Assembly: GCA_035309865.1 (NCBI GenBank)
Contig: DATGER010000126.1
Coordinates: 284-64,283 of the forward strand
Direction: 5' to 3'
DNA from: Chloroflexota bacterium
GTDB taxonomy: Bacteria; Chloroflexota; UBA6077; CF-72
DNA: 64,000 nucleotides
The notes under the pieces are model-generated. The model did no database searches, had not been told where the DNA came from, and saw nothing but the letters and a program-made list of their open reading frames with translations. Each line of letters opens with the position of its first letter. Positions within the stretch are counted from its first letter, which is position 1. Shown in pieces: positions 37,535 through 46,697 of the stretch. A program made the translations under genes and the position numbers.

Positions 37535-37644
37535 CCACTTCTCGCGCCACTGCGACGCGGCGGGGTGTCGAATTCGTCGGCCTGCGTTCGACATATCCAG
37601 TGAAGGACATGAGAGTCCAGTCGAACGCAGGAAGGACGGTAACC

Positions 37645-37830
37645 ATGAACAGCCACATCCAGCGCATCATCTGTCTGCCCAGCCTCGATGCCGAGTATCG
37701 GTTCGGCCGTCCCAAGACCTATCTGGCGCCGCACGAGCTGGCGCGGCTCACGATCGTGCGGTCTCGCCTGGGTGAGACCCAGGCCGAGCGGGCCGCCGAG
37801 CACGTTGCGGGCGACGCGCCGTCGACGTAA
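37645..37830 (+). CDS. Hypothetical small protein (61 aa)
   Basis: ATG at 37645 with a GGAAGGA RBS 8 nt upstream. High GC3. No recognisable domain. Confidence 0.35.
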   Translation: MNSHIQRIICLPSLDAEYRFGRPKTYLAPHELARLTIVRSRLGETQAERAAEHVAGDAPST

Positions 37831-37886
37831 GAGAAGCGGCCGCCACACGCGGCAGTGATACGCTCGCCAGACGAGGGGGAGCGGCT

Positions 37887-39623
37887 GTGCAGACGAGCGG
37901 GTGGCGGCAGGTAGCGGGCGGAGAAGGACGCGTTTTGAGCCGGCGGCAGGCCTTGCGGCTGGTTGGGGGCGCGCTCACCGTGTCGCTCGCGGCGGCATGC
38001 GCCCCGACGGCGCCAGCCGCGGCGCCCACCCGGCCCGCGGCGACGGTCAGTGGCGGGAGCGCGGTCTATCCCGCGTACGTCCCGGTGTCCAGCGGACCGA
38101 AGCCCGACGTTCCCGCCAGCGGGCCAGGATACGACGACGGGTTCAATACGTTCCCCACCAATCCCGTCAAGGCGATGCCGGGCGATCCGCCTGGCGCCGG
38201 CGGCACGGTCCGGGCCATGTCCATCGCGCTGTTCCCGCCGCCGACGCCGCTGGCGCAGAACCCGGCGTGGCAGGCCGTCAACAAGGCACTGAACGCGACC
38301 GTCGAATTCGACGTCGTGACGCAGGCGGACTACCCCGTCAAGCTGGGGACGGTGATGGCTGGCGGCGACATACCGGACCTGCTCTACATCTACGCGCCGG
38401 CGGGTTCATCGACCACCCTGGCCGCCGCCACCAACATGCCCCAGTTCCTGCAGTCAAAGGCTGCCGACCTGACCCCGTATCTCGGCGGCGATGCCGCCCG
38501 GGACTACCCAAACCTCGCCGCGATCCCCACCCCGGCCTGGAAGAACGCGGGCTGCGCGTATCAGGGTCACCTGTACCTGGTCCCGATTCATCGGTATCTG
38601 CCGGGCCAGATGTTCGTGAAGAACGTCAGGGCCTGGGATGCAGAGCTCGGTCAGAACTATGTCCCCAAGAATGCCGACGATTTCAAACGCGCCTTGTTGG
38701 CGCTCACCAAACCCCAGCAAGGCTTTTACGGCATCGTCGCGGCGCAAGACTCGGTGATGCACCTGGCCACTTTCGCCTCGATCTTCGGGGCGCCCAACGG
38801 CTGGCGGCTGGACCCGGGTGGCAAGCTGGTCAAGGACGTCGAAACGCCCGAGTTCAAGGAAGCCGTGGCGTACGCCCGCGACCTGTTTGCATCGGGCGTA
38901 TTTCATCCCGACTCGCTCAACATGGCCAGCAATGTCATCGCGCGCACCCAGTTCTACGCTGGCAAGTTCGCTGTCCATCGCGACCCGATCAATGGTTGGC
39001 AGGATGCCTGGCGGCACGCGCTGCAGGCCGCGGCGCCATTCGACGTGCGGCCTGTGCCGCTGTTTCCCGCGCACGACGGCGGCAAACTGCAGCACTTCGT
39101 CACGGGCGGCCATCTCTGGGCGACCGCGCTCAAGAAGGGCACGCCCGAACGCACCAGGGAACTGCTGCGGATCATGAACTGGCTCGCCGCGCCGTTTGGC
39201 AGCGCCGAGGACCAGCTGCTGACATTTGGCCTGAAAGACGTGGACTACACCCTGGACGATAAGGGCAACCCGACGCTGACACCGCAGGGCAACAACGACG
39301 CCAACTACGTACCGTGGAAGTACACCGCGCAGCACCCGCTCGTGTTCTTCTCGCCCGACCTGCCCGACTACGCCAGGGTGATGGCCGAGACCGAGAAGCT
39401 GCTGATGCCGTGGGCGGTCTCCGACCCGACATTTGGCCAGATCTCCGCGACGAGCTTTACGAAAGGCTTCACGTTGACGCAGTCGCTCAACGACGGGCTG
39501 GTCGACATCGTCGTCGGGCGTCGGCAGTTGACCGAGTTCGACCAGCTGGTCAAAGACTGGCAGACCAATGGCGGCGAGCAGATCCGCAAGGAGTACGCGG
39601 AGTCAATTGCCACGTCCACCTAG
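37887..39623 (+). CDS. ABC transporter extracellular solute-binding lipoprotein (family 1, carbohydrate-type)
   Basis: Tat-like SRRQALRLVGG plus lipobox LAAAC. Large size (578 aa) is typical of sugar/oligosaccharide-binding proteins. No cognate permease or ATPase adjacent. Confidence 0.8.
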   Translation: MQTSGWRQVAGGEGRVLSRRQALRLVGGALTVSLAAACAPTAPAAAPTRPAATVSGGSAVYPAYVPVSSGPKPDVPASGPGYDDGFNTFPTNPVKAMPGDPPGAGGTVRAMSIALFPPPTPLAQNPAWQAVNKALNATVEFDVVTQADYPVKLGTVMAGGDIPDLLYIYAPAGSSTTLAAATNMPQFLQSKAADLTPYLGGDAARDYPNLAAIPTPAWKNAGCAYQGHLYLVPIHRYLPGQMFVKNVRAWDAELGQNYVPKNADDFKRALLALTKPQQGFYGIVAAQDSVMHLATFASIFGAPNGWRLDPGGKLVKDVETPEFKEAVAYARDLFASGVFHPDSLNMASNVIARTQFYAGKFAVHRDPINGWQDAWRHALQAAAPFDVRPVPLFPAHDGGKLQHFVTGGHLWATALKKGTPERTRELLRIMNWLAAPFGSAEDQLLTFGLKDVDYTLDDKGNPTLTPQGNNDANYVPWKYTAQHPLVFFSPDLPDYARVMAETEKLLMPWAVSDPTFGQISATSFTKGFTLTQSLNDGLVDIVVGRRQLTEFDQLVKDWQTNGGEQIRKEYAESIATST

Positions 39624-39658
39624 GGCCCGGTGTTACAACGCCTCCACAGGAGTACGCC

Positions 39659-39934
39659 ATGACTCAGCATGAACCGAACGAGGACACCAGCGTCGAGCCC
39701 GAGAAGCTGCCCCTGGGCGAGTTGCGTCCCGACGACCGCGGACAGGACGAAGTGCGTGAAGCGCTCGAGGAAAGCACCGGGCTCGGCCTGGCGCGGCCCC
39801 TCACGCGAGACGAGCGCGAGGCCGCCGAGCGTGACCCCGGCGTGGTCGAAACCGTGTACGCGCCGGCGTCCGAACGGGTTGCCAAACCGCCGCTGCCGGC
39901 CGACGAAAAATTGATAAACAAGCACAACCAGTAA
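39659..39934 (+). CDS. Hypothetical acidic, low-complexity small protein (91 aa)
   Basis: ATG with an AGGAG RBS. Composition is dominated by E/D/P/R with no hydrophobic core. Ends ...EKLINKHNQ. Stops 11 nt upstream of the zf-UBP gene. Confidence 0.45.
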   Translation: MTQHEPNEDTSVEPEKLPLGELRPDDRGQDEVREALEESTGLGLARPLTRDEREAAERDPGVVETVYAPASERVAKPPLPADEKLINKHNQ

Positions 39935-39945
39935 GGACGACGCTG

Positions 39946-40239
39946 ATGGCGAAAAAGGGTTGCACGCACGTGAAGGACGTGCGCGAGGTCAGCGCACGCA
40001 CGCCCGAAGGCTGCGAGGAGTGTCTGCGGATCGGCAGCGGGTGGGTGCACCTGCGGCTGTGCTTGAGTTGTGGGCACGTGGGCTGCTGCGACAACTCGCC
40101 GAACAAGCATGCGACGCAGCACTACCACGACACGCACGACCCACTGATCCAGTCATTCGAACCGCGCGAAGACTGGGGCTGGTGCTACGTCGATGAGTTG
40201 TTCCTGGAACCGGCGCCGCTGCAACAAGCACGACGTTGA
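39946..40239 (+). CDS. UBP-type zinc-finger domain protein
   Basis: CEECLRIGSGWVHLRLCLSCGHVGCCDNSPNKHATQHYHDTHDPL matches the zf-UBP Cys/His pattern. Confidence 0.85.
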   Translation: MAKKGCTHVKDVREVSARTPEGCEECLRIGSGWVHLRLCLSCGHVGCCDNSPNKHATQHYHDTHDPLIQSFEPREDWGWCYVDELFLEPAPLQQARR

Positions 40240-41171
40240 TGTCCAGTCCGCGACGTGACGACGATGAGGTGTGGCCGGCACTGCCGTATGCGGACTGGAA
40301 GCCAACCTACACCACGCTCCACATGTGGACGCAGATCGTCGGTAAAGTCAAGCTCGGCCTGACGCCGTTCCTCAACGAGTGGTGGAATGTCGCTTTTGCG
40401 GTCACCGCGCGCGGGCTGACTACCGCCACGATCCCGTTCGACCAGCACGTGTTCCAGGTGGACTTTGACTTCATCCAGCATCGGCTGACGGTCAACGTCA
40501 GCGACGGACGCTCCAGGAGCATGCCGCTGGTCGCGCGCTCGGTGGCCGATTTCTATGTCGAGTTCCTGCACGTCGTGGAGTCGCTCGGCATCCAGGTGAA
40601 CATCAACACCCAGCCGGTCGAGGTCGACGACGGCATCCCGTTCGAGGCGGACCGGGTCCACGCGGACTACGACCCGGTGTACGTGAGCCGCTGGCACCGC
40701 ATTCTGGTGGGGGTGAGTCGGCTGCTCGAGCGGTACCGCACGCCGTTCGTCGGCAAGAGCAGTCCGGTCCAGTTCTGGTGGGGCTCGTTTGACCTGGCGA
40801 CGACGCGGTTCTCAGGCCGGTCGGCGCCACCTCGCCAGTGGCCGACACGGTGGATGGCGCGTGGCGCGGACCAGGAGCAGGCTCTGGCCGGCTTCTGGCC
40901 TGGCAACGACAAGGTGCCGGAGCCCGCGTTCGTCGCGTACACCTACCCCGAGCCCCCCGGCTGCCGTACGGCAACCATTCAGCCCGATGCGGCGTTCTTC
41001 CATCCCGAGCTGTCGGAGTTCATTCTGCCGTACGCAAACGTCCGCCTGGCCGACGATCCGGACCAGTTGATCCTGGACTTTTACCGCAGCACGTACGAAC
41101 TTGGTGCGACGCTGGCCGGTTGGGATCGGGCCGTTCTCGAACGCGGCGTTCACCCCGTCGGCGCTGCCTGA
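40239..41171 (+). CDS. DUF5996 family protein
   Basis: ATG overlaps the zf-UBP stop (TGATG). WPALPYADWKPTYTTLHMWTQIVGKVKL is the family-typical N-terminus. Confidence 0.75.
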   Translation: MSSPRRDDDEVWPALPYADWKPTYTTLHMWTQIVGKVKLGLTPFLNEWWNVAFAVTARGLTTATIPFDQHVFQVDFDFIQHRLTVNVSDGRSRSMPLVARSVADFYVEFLHVVESLGIQVNINTQPVEVDDGIPFEADRVHADYDPVYVSRWHRILVGVSRLLERYRTPFVGKSSPVQFWWGSFDLATTRFSGRSAPPRQWPTRWMARGADQEQALAGFWPGNDKVPEPAFVAYTYPEPPGCRTATIQPDAAFFHPELSEFILPYANVRLADDPDQLILDFYRSTYELGATLAGWDRAVLERGVHPVGAA

Positions 41172-41734
41172 GCGACGCTTCGCCCCAGCAATGCGACGAG
41201 GCGGTCGATCGCCGGGGCGTCAGCGGCTACGGGCTGGGGCGGCGCGAAGGGCGAGCGGCCGGGCGGGAGATCGCCCAGCTTCGCGCGGCTGAAGGCGAGC
41301 TCTTGTTCGGCGAGGTCATCGGGAAAGGGCGCCGGGTGGCCGATGGCGCGCGCCACGTCCCAGCCGTGGACGAGCGCCTCCGTGACGCGCAGGTGCAGGG
41401 CGACGATGCCGGGCACCGCACCGATCGGCACGGTGACGACCTGCTGCAGCACGCCGGGTTCGCGGAATGCACCGAGCAGTGCCGCCCCCGACGCGCGATA
41501 GGCACTCACGAACTCGGGCCCGGAGGCCGGAGGCAGGCTGGCGGGTGCCGGTGGATCGCCGCGCAGGATGCGCGCAAACGCGTTGTTGCCGGCCACCAGA
41601 TGGTTGACCACGTCATGGACCTTCCAGTCCGTACACGGACTCGGCGCGTCCCACTGATCGTCGCGCACCGCGAGAATGACACGCTCGGTGGCGTCCAGGG
41701 CCACAGCCAGCTGATCGACAGGCTCGGCGGTCAT
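41150..41734 (-). CDS. DinB-superfamily / TIGR03086-like (mycothiol maleylpyruvate isomerase N-terminal-like) protein
   Basis: DQWDAPSPCTDWKVHDVVNHLVAGN motif. ATGA overlap with the upstream EutA-like stop. 3' end overlaps the convergent DUF5996 gene by 22 bp. Confidence 0.8.
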   Translation of the reverse strand: MTAEPVDQLAVALDATERVILAVRDDQWDAPSPCTDWKVHDVVNHLVAGNNAFARILRGDPPAPASLPPASGPEFVSAYRASGAALLGAFREPGVLQQVVTVPIGAVPGIVALHLRVTEALVHGWDVARAIGHPAPFPDDLAEQELAFSRAKLGDLPPGRSPFAPPQPVAADAPAIDRLVALLGRSVAQAAPTG

Positions 41735-43521
41735 GGGTTCCTCCTTGTCTTAAGGCGTTTCTCGACGGCGACGAAGGCATGGGCCTCCTTGGCCAGTTGG
41801 AGCCACGGCGCCTCCGCGCGCTCCGCGCGCGTGGCAGGCAGGACTACCCATTCCTTCATCGGCGTGCCCTTGCCAGCGTCGAAGGGGATGCCGTCGCCAC
41901 TGGCGACGAGCTCCGCCACGCGCTTGCTCGGCAGTTTGAGAACGAGGCCGCCGTGTCGCTGCATGGCGAAAATCCGACCATCGGCACACAGGGCGTCGGC
42001 CCCGAAGCCGCGTCGGCCGGCGCCCAGGGTGACACCGTCCAGAGTGGACAGCGCCTCCACGAGCGCGCCGAACCGCTGCTCGAGGGCCGTTGCGCTGTCG
42101 GCAGCGGGGAAGACCAGTGACTTGATGACGACCGGGGCGGCGCCCGATGTCGGGATCAGCTCCCCGATGTCGATGTAGTCGAACTCGCGCAGATCTACCC
42201 CGTCGATTGAAATGACTGGCAAGGTGAGGCGCATGGCGTCGCGAAAATGCAAGCCGAGCAGGCCGCCGATGTCGCTGTCGAACACCATGATCAGCGGGTA
42301 GCCGCGGGCCGCGTGGACGGCCATCGCTGTGACGACCCCGGCGCAGAATGCCTGGATCCGGCGAAAAGTGGCCGAGCCTTCCCATCGGACGGCCAGCGCG
42401 ACCGGCGAGGCCGCCTCGAGGAGATCGAATCTGCGCAGCGCGTCGCAAATGACGCTGGCGATGGAGTCCGCATCGAAGTCGGCCATGTGCCACGGGAAGC
42501 GCGGCATCACCACTGGAATATTGCGCACCGGGACCACGTCCAGTGGCGATAGATAGATCGTGCTGCCCGAGACCTGGATGGTGTACTGGGAAGCGCCGAT
42601 GACCGTGGCGCGAATCCCGCCGGGGGTTTCCAGAACCGGCGCGTTCAGGTCTCGAAGACGTGCCTCGAGTTGCTGCGCGAGCAGCGGACCGAGGTCGCCA
42701 AAGGTGCGCGTGGCGCGGCCGTGGATGAACTCGGCGACGCCGCCTGAAAACGTGATCGCGGCGATGTTCGAACGGTCCTGCAGCGGCCGTGTGCGCAGCA
42801 GATGTGAAGCGCTGGTCGAGCCGTTTACGGTCACCTCGCCAAGGAGATGGTCCACCATGTAGGTGGCAATCTGGCGCAGGTGGACTGGCTCAGCAATGCT
42901 GCCAGGCTGGAGGTCCAGTCCGAGCCGCTGGGCGATGTCGCGGCCGGCCGGCTCCAGGCGCGTGATGACCCCGCGGTGGTCGGTGGCGATCAGCCGGGCG
43001 CCGATGTCCATGGCCATGAGCTCGGCGGTGTGGCCGTCGCGGCAGATCACGACCTTGGTGGTGCCACCGCCGATGTCGATGTTCATGACGGCGCCTCTGG
43101 CGGCGGACAGGGCGACGGCGCCGGAACCGTGGGCGGCCATCGTGGCCTCGAGGTTGTCGCCGGCGCTGACCGCCACGAACCGGCCGGCTTCGCCGGCGAA
43201 CAGGTCGGCGATCGCGCGGGCATTGTCTCTGAGGAGAGCTACGCCAGTGAGGATGAGAGCGCCGGTGTCGACGTCGCCGCGTTCCAGTCTGGCGGTGTGG
43301 TACTGGCGATCGATGAACGCGCCCAGGGCGGCGCCGTCGATGGTCGCGGCGCCGGTGTACGGGGTGAGGAGGATCTCGGACTGATACAGGACCTCGCGGT
43401 TGACGGTGACGTAGCGGCCGTCCTGGCGCTCCAGTTCCAGGCGTGAAAACAACAGGTGGGACGTGGAAGATCCGATGTCGACACCGACGCTGGTGAGGAC
43501 AATCCGGTCCTCGGCGGCCAT
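41731..43521 (-). CDS. EutA-like (ethanolamine ammonia-lyase reactivase family, actin-fold ATPase) fused to a C-terminal TfoX_N-like domain
   Basis: ATG at 43521. SVGVDIGSSTSHLLFSRLELE and NIDIGGGTTK phosphate motifs are colinear with EutA. The last ~110 aa (FGADALCADGRIFAMQRHGGLVLKLP...KEWVVLP) resemble the TfoX N-terminal domain. Confidence 0.7.
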   Translation of the reverse strand: MAAEDRIVLTSVGVDIGSSTSHLLFSRLELERQDGRYVTVNREVLYQSEILLTPYTGAATIDGAALGAFIDRQYHTARLERGDVDTGALILTGVALLRDNARAIADLFAGEAGRFVAVSAGDNLEATMAAHGSGAVALSAARGAVMNIDIGGGTTKVVICRDGHTAELMAMDIGARLIATDHRGVITRLEPAGRDIAQRLGLDLQPGSIAEPVHLRQIATYMVDHLLGEVTVNGSTSASHLLRTRPLQDRSNIAAITFSGGVAEFIHGRATRTFGDLGPLLAQQLEARLRDLNAPVLETPGGIRATVIGASQYTIQVSGSTIYLSPLDVVPVRNIPVVMPRFPWHMADFDADSIASVICDALRRFDLLEAASPVALAVRWEGSATFRRIQAFCAGVVTAMAVHAARGYPLIMVFDSDIGGLLGLHFRDAMRLTLPVISIDGVDLREFDYIDIGELIPTSGAAPVVIKSLVFPAADSATALEQRFGALVEALSTLDGVTLGAGRRGFGADALCADGRIFAMQRHGGLVLKLPSKRVAELVASGDGIPFDAGKGTPMKEWVVLPATRAERAEAPWLQLAKEAHAFVAVEKRLKTRRNP

Positions 43522-43567
43522 GTCCCGGCCGGGGGCGGTGAACGTTAGCGCCGCTGAATATCGCACC

Positions 43568-44791
43568 TCACCCCCGGTGCGCGGCACCTGGCTCGAAGGC
43601 GGAGTCGGGCATCGTGAACTCAACGCCGGCGAGGCTGAGCTGGCGGCGGAACTCCTGGCGGATGAAGGGGTCCTCTTCGTGGTAAAGGATGGTGCGCCCG
43701 CCTTCGTGGATGCCGAACAGGTTGCCCGCTTTGACGTCCTCGTCCTTTTCGTCGGTGATCCCCCAGCGCGCGTGCGGGCCGCCCCAGTAGTTGATCACCC
43801 GCAGCGGATCGGCGCCGACGCCGAAGTGCTGGTGGAACCAGTTGCCGCCACCTGGCGCCGCGGCCACCAGACCGCCGGGCACATACTCGAGCACCCGGAC
43901 CTGGTCGCCCTTGCCGTTGAGCCAGGGCGTCGGACCAGCTTCGACCGGCCAGTTGTACGTATAGCCCTTGCCCCGCAGACACACCAGCACCGCACCTGAC
44001 GCGTGGAAGTGGGCCTTCGAATACCGGCCGCTGGGATACTGAGAGATGAAGCCGCCGGTGCCCGCGTCCTGGATGAACCCGCTGAAGGTGGGCTGGATGC
44101 GCCGGTAGCCGGGGGCGCGCTGATTGTCGAGCGGTAGCTCGGCGTTGACGATGTCTGGAAAGACATTAGAGCGGATCGCCGCGCGGCCACGCACGGGTTC
44201 CATCTCGAGATCCGACCGGGGCTTGAAAAAGTCATCGGACATGTCGAAGCGCTCGTGGAAGTCCCAGTCGTTGTCGAAGATGAAGCGATGGCTCTGGAAG
44301 ATGTTGAACACGCCGGGGGCGTTGTTGGCGGCCACCAGCAGGGCCGGGCTGCCGGTCGCATTCACGAGCCGGTACGAGGCGTTCACCGGAATCATGAAGA
44401 GCGTCCCGGCTTGCCATTCGAAGACGTGCCGCTTGCCGTCACCGCGCCAGACTTCCGTCGTCCCGCGACCCTCGATCACCAGGAAGAACTCGTCGTAGAC
44501 GTGCTTTTCAGGGTTCGTCTCGCCCCCGGACGGCACCTCGAGCACGTACATGCCTTTGACGCCTTCGAGCCCATCCAGGTACAGGAACGCACCGCGCGCA
44601 TTGCGCCGCCGCCAGTTGCCGAGGGTGACCTCCCGGGTATCCCGCACGCCGATCCCGCGCACGATCGGGATCTCCTCCTCTTCCATCCAGCGCTCGTACG
44701 GGCTGTGTGAGCGCCGGTACACGTAGTAGCCTGCCGGTTTGTCGCCGCTGGGTTCGACCCAGGTGCCGAAGCTGTCGTGATGGTCTGTCAA
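43568..44791 (-). CDS. Bicupin protein (double cupin, dioxygenase-like), paralogue 1
   Basis: TTG at 44791 with a GGGGAG RBS 7 nt upstream, 14 nt after the permease stop. Cupin blocks FLVIEGRGTTEVW...FEWQAGTLFMIP and YSKAHFHASGAVLVCLRG...GNWFHQHFGVG. Confidence 0.7.
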   Translation of the reverse strand: MTDHHDSFGTWVEPSGDKPAGYYVYRRSHSPYERWMEEEEIPIVRGIGVRDTREVTLGNWRRRNARGAFLYLDGLEGVKGMYVLEVPSGGETNPEKHVYDEFFLVIEGRGTTEVWRGDGKRHVFEWQAGTLFMIPVNASYRLVNATGSPALLVAANNAPGVFNIFQSHRFIFDNDWDFHERFDMSDDFFKPRSDLEMEPVRGRAAIRSNVFPDIVNAELPLDNQRAPGYRRIQPTFSGFIQDAGTGGFISQYPSGRYSKAHFHASGAVLVCLRGKGYTYNWPVEAGPTPWLNGKGDQVRVLEYVPGGLVAAAPGGGNWFHQHFGVGADPLRVINYWGGPHARWGITDEKDEDVKAGNLFGIHEGGRTILYHEEDPFIRQEFRRQLSLAGVEFTMPDSAFEPGAAHRG

Positions 44792-44805
44792 GGTGGTTCT
44801 CCCCT

Positions 44806-46596
44806 TCAGGAAGCGGTGATTCGTCGCGCCCGGCGCTGGTCGACATAGCGACCCGCCAGAATGATCAGCCCGGTGACAAGCATCAGGACGACGCCCGTCG
44901 CGGTGGCCTTGTTGACATCGCCGCTCTGCCACGTGTCCCACATCAGCAGCGAGATCACCCGGCTGCTGGGCGAGTACAGCATGAGCGCCATGGTCGTTTC
45001 GCGGACCGCGTGCAGCGCCACGAAGACCCACCCCGAGACGATCGACGGGAACAGCAGCGGCAGGACGATGTAGCGCATCGCGTTGCCCCACGAGACGCCG
45101 CCAACCTGCGCCGCCTCTTCAAGATCGTGGTGGAGTTGTAGCACTGCCCCGTGCATGGTGCGGCTGCCAAACGCCAGGTAGCGCGTGACGACGGCCAGGG
45201 TGATGATCCAGACCGTCCCGTAGATCGGAACGAGGCGCCACGGCACGGTGAGGAACAGGTACACGAGGGCCAAAGCGATCATGATGCTCGGGATGCTGTT
45301 CGGCAGAAATGCCAGCACGTCGAGCAGGCGTTTGCCACGCATCTGCGAACGCACCACGTACCAGGCCACCAGCGTGCACAGCAGCATCGTGATCGTCGGC
45401 GCGCCCAGCGCCAGCAGGAGCGTGTTGATCAGGGCAGTTGCGGCACTGGGCTGGGTGAAGACGAAGGCGTACGCATCGAAGGTGATACGCCCCAGCGCCG
45501 ACAGACTCGGCACGGCATAGTACGGCTGAATACTGGCCCACAGCATGACCAGGAACGGCGCCAGCACGACGACCGCCAGGTACAGCCAGACCAGCGCGGC
45601 GGCGACGTACTTGAACGTACCGATGCGCATCACCCGCGGTCGATAGGCCTTACCGGTGACGGTGCTGTACCGCTCGATGCGGCGGGTGAGCCGGCTGTAG
45701 ATCGTAACGAAGCCCACGGCGAGCAGAATGAAGACGACGCCGATCGAGCTGGCGATCGCCCCGTCGTCGGTCTTGTTGAGCAGGTAGATTTTGGTCGACA
45801 GCAGGTAGATGTTGCCGGGTAGGCCCATGATCGCGGGGACCTCGAAGGTCTCGAGGCTGGCCGTGAGCGAGTAGACGAAGGCGGCCAGAATGCCGGGCAG
45901 CATCAGCCGCAGGGTGATGCGCCGGGCGACCGTGCTGGCCGAAGCGCCCGAGACCATGGCCGCTTCTTCCAGCGACGGGTCCATGTTGCGGAAGATGCCG
46001 ACGGTCATCAAGAAGACGACGCCGACGCCCCGGATCGCGTCGACGAAGATCATCCCGACCATGCTGTAGGCCTGGATTGGCGCCTCGGCAAAGCCGACGT
46101 GCGCCCAGCTGGTCAGGAGTCCGCCGTCCCGGCCGAACAGGCCGAGCAAGGCAAGGTTGAAGAGTCCGATCCGCGGGCTGAGCAGCAACACCCAGGCGAT
46201 GCCGTACAGCAGCCCAGGCATGGCGATGGTCAGCGGCACCACGGCGTAGGCGAAGCCCTTCATCGGCATGTCGGTGCGTTCGACCATGAAGGCGAAGAAG
46301 ACGCCGATGGTCATCGCCAGCAGCGTCGAGCCGATGGCGAAGATGGCGGTGTTGCCCAGGACGCTCCAGGTACCGGGGCTGGCCCAGGCTTGCGTGAAGA
46401 AGTCGAGGCTGAGCCCGGGCGCGGTGGCGGTCGGGCCCAGATTGAGCGCCGTAAGGGCCACCATCGCCAGCGGCGCGAGCACCAGGTTGGCGATCAGGAC
46501 CAGCAGCAGGACGTAGACGACGAGCTGCGGAGACGCGTGCAGCGCTGGCCAGCGCCAGCTGTGTTGGGCCCTGCGTTCGAGGCGAACGGCCACCAT
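44806..46596 (-). CDS. ABC importer permease, duplicated (two BPD_transp_1 halves, Fe3+/thiamine/polyamine-type)
   Basis: ATG at 46596. About 12 TM segments. Two EAA-like loops (LEEAAMVSGAS and LEEAAQVGGVS). Confidence 0.85.
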   Translation of the reverse strand: MVAVRLERRAQHSWRWPALHASPQLVVYVLLLVLIANLVLAPLAMVALTALNLGPTATAPGLSLDFFTQAWASPGTWSVLGNTAIFAIGSTLLAMTIGVFFAFMVERTDMPMKGFAYAVVPLTIAMPGLLYGIAWVLLLSPRIGLFNLALLGLFGRDGGLLTSWAHVGFAEAPIQAYSMVGMIFVDAIRGVGVVFLMTVGIFRNMDPSLEEAAMVSGASASTVARRITLRLMLPGILAAFVYSLTASLETFEVPAIMGLPGNIYLLSTKIYLLNKTDDGAIASSIGVVFILLAVGFVTIYSRLTRRIERYSTVTGKAYRPRVMRIGTFKYVAAALVWLYLAVVVLAPFLVMLWASIQPYYAVPSLSALGRITFDAYAFVFTQPSAATALINTLLLALGAPTITMLLCTLVAWYVVRSQMRGKRLLDVLAFLPNSIPSIMIALALVYLFLTVPWRLVPIYGTVWIITLAVVTRYLAFGSRTMHGAVLQLHHDLEEAAQVGGVSWGNAMRYIVLPLLFPSIVSGWVFVALHAVRETTMALMLYSPSSRVISLLMWDTWQSGDVNKATATGVVLMLVTGLIILAGRYVDQRRARRITAS

Positions 46597-46697
46597 GAGA
46601 GAGCTAGCGTAGCCGACTTTCGGGCACAGGCTCGGCGGGCCAATGACAGCCGACTGGAGCGGTACACTACGCCCCGGTACGGGGAGAGTTACCAACG

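Noticed and set aside
37016-37594. 192-aa minus-strand ORF in the FTCD_C-DUF2277 region
   Set aside because: It overlaps the DUF2277 gene antisense and has Arg/Gly-rich composition. The DUF2277 N-terminus on the plus strand is diagnostic.
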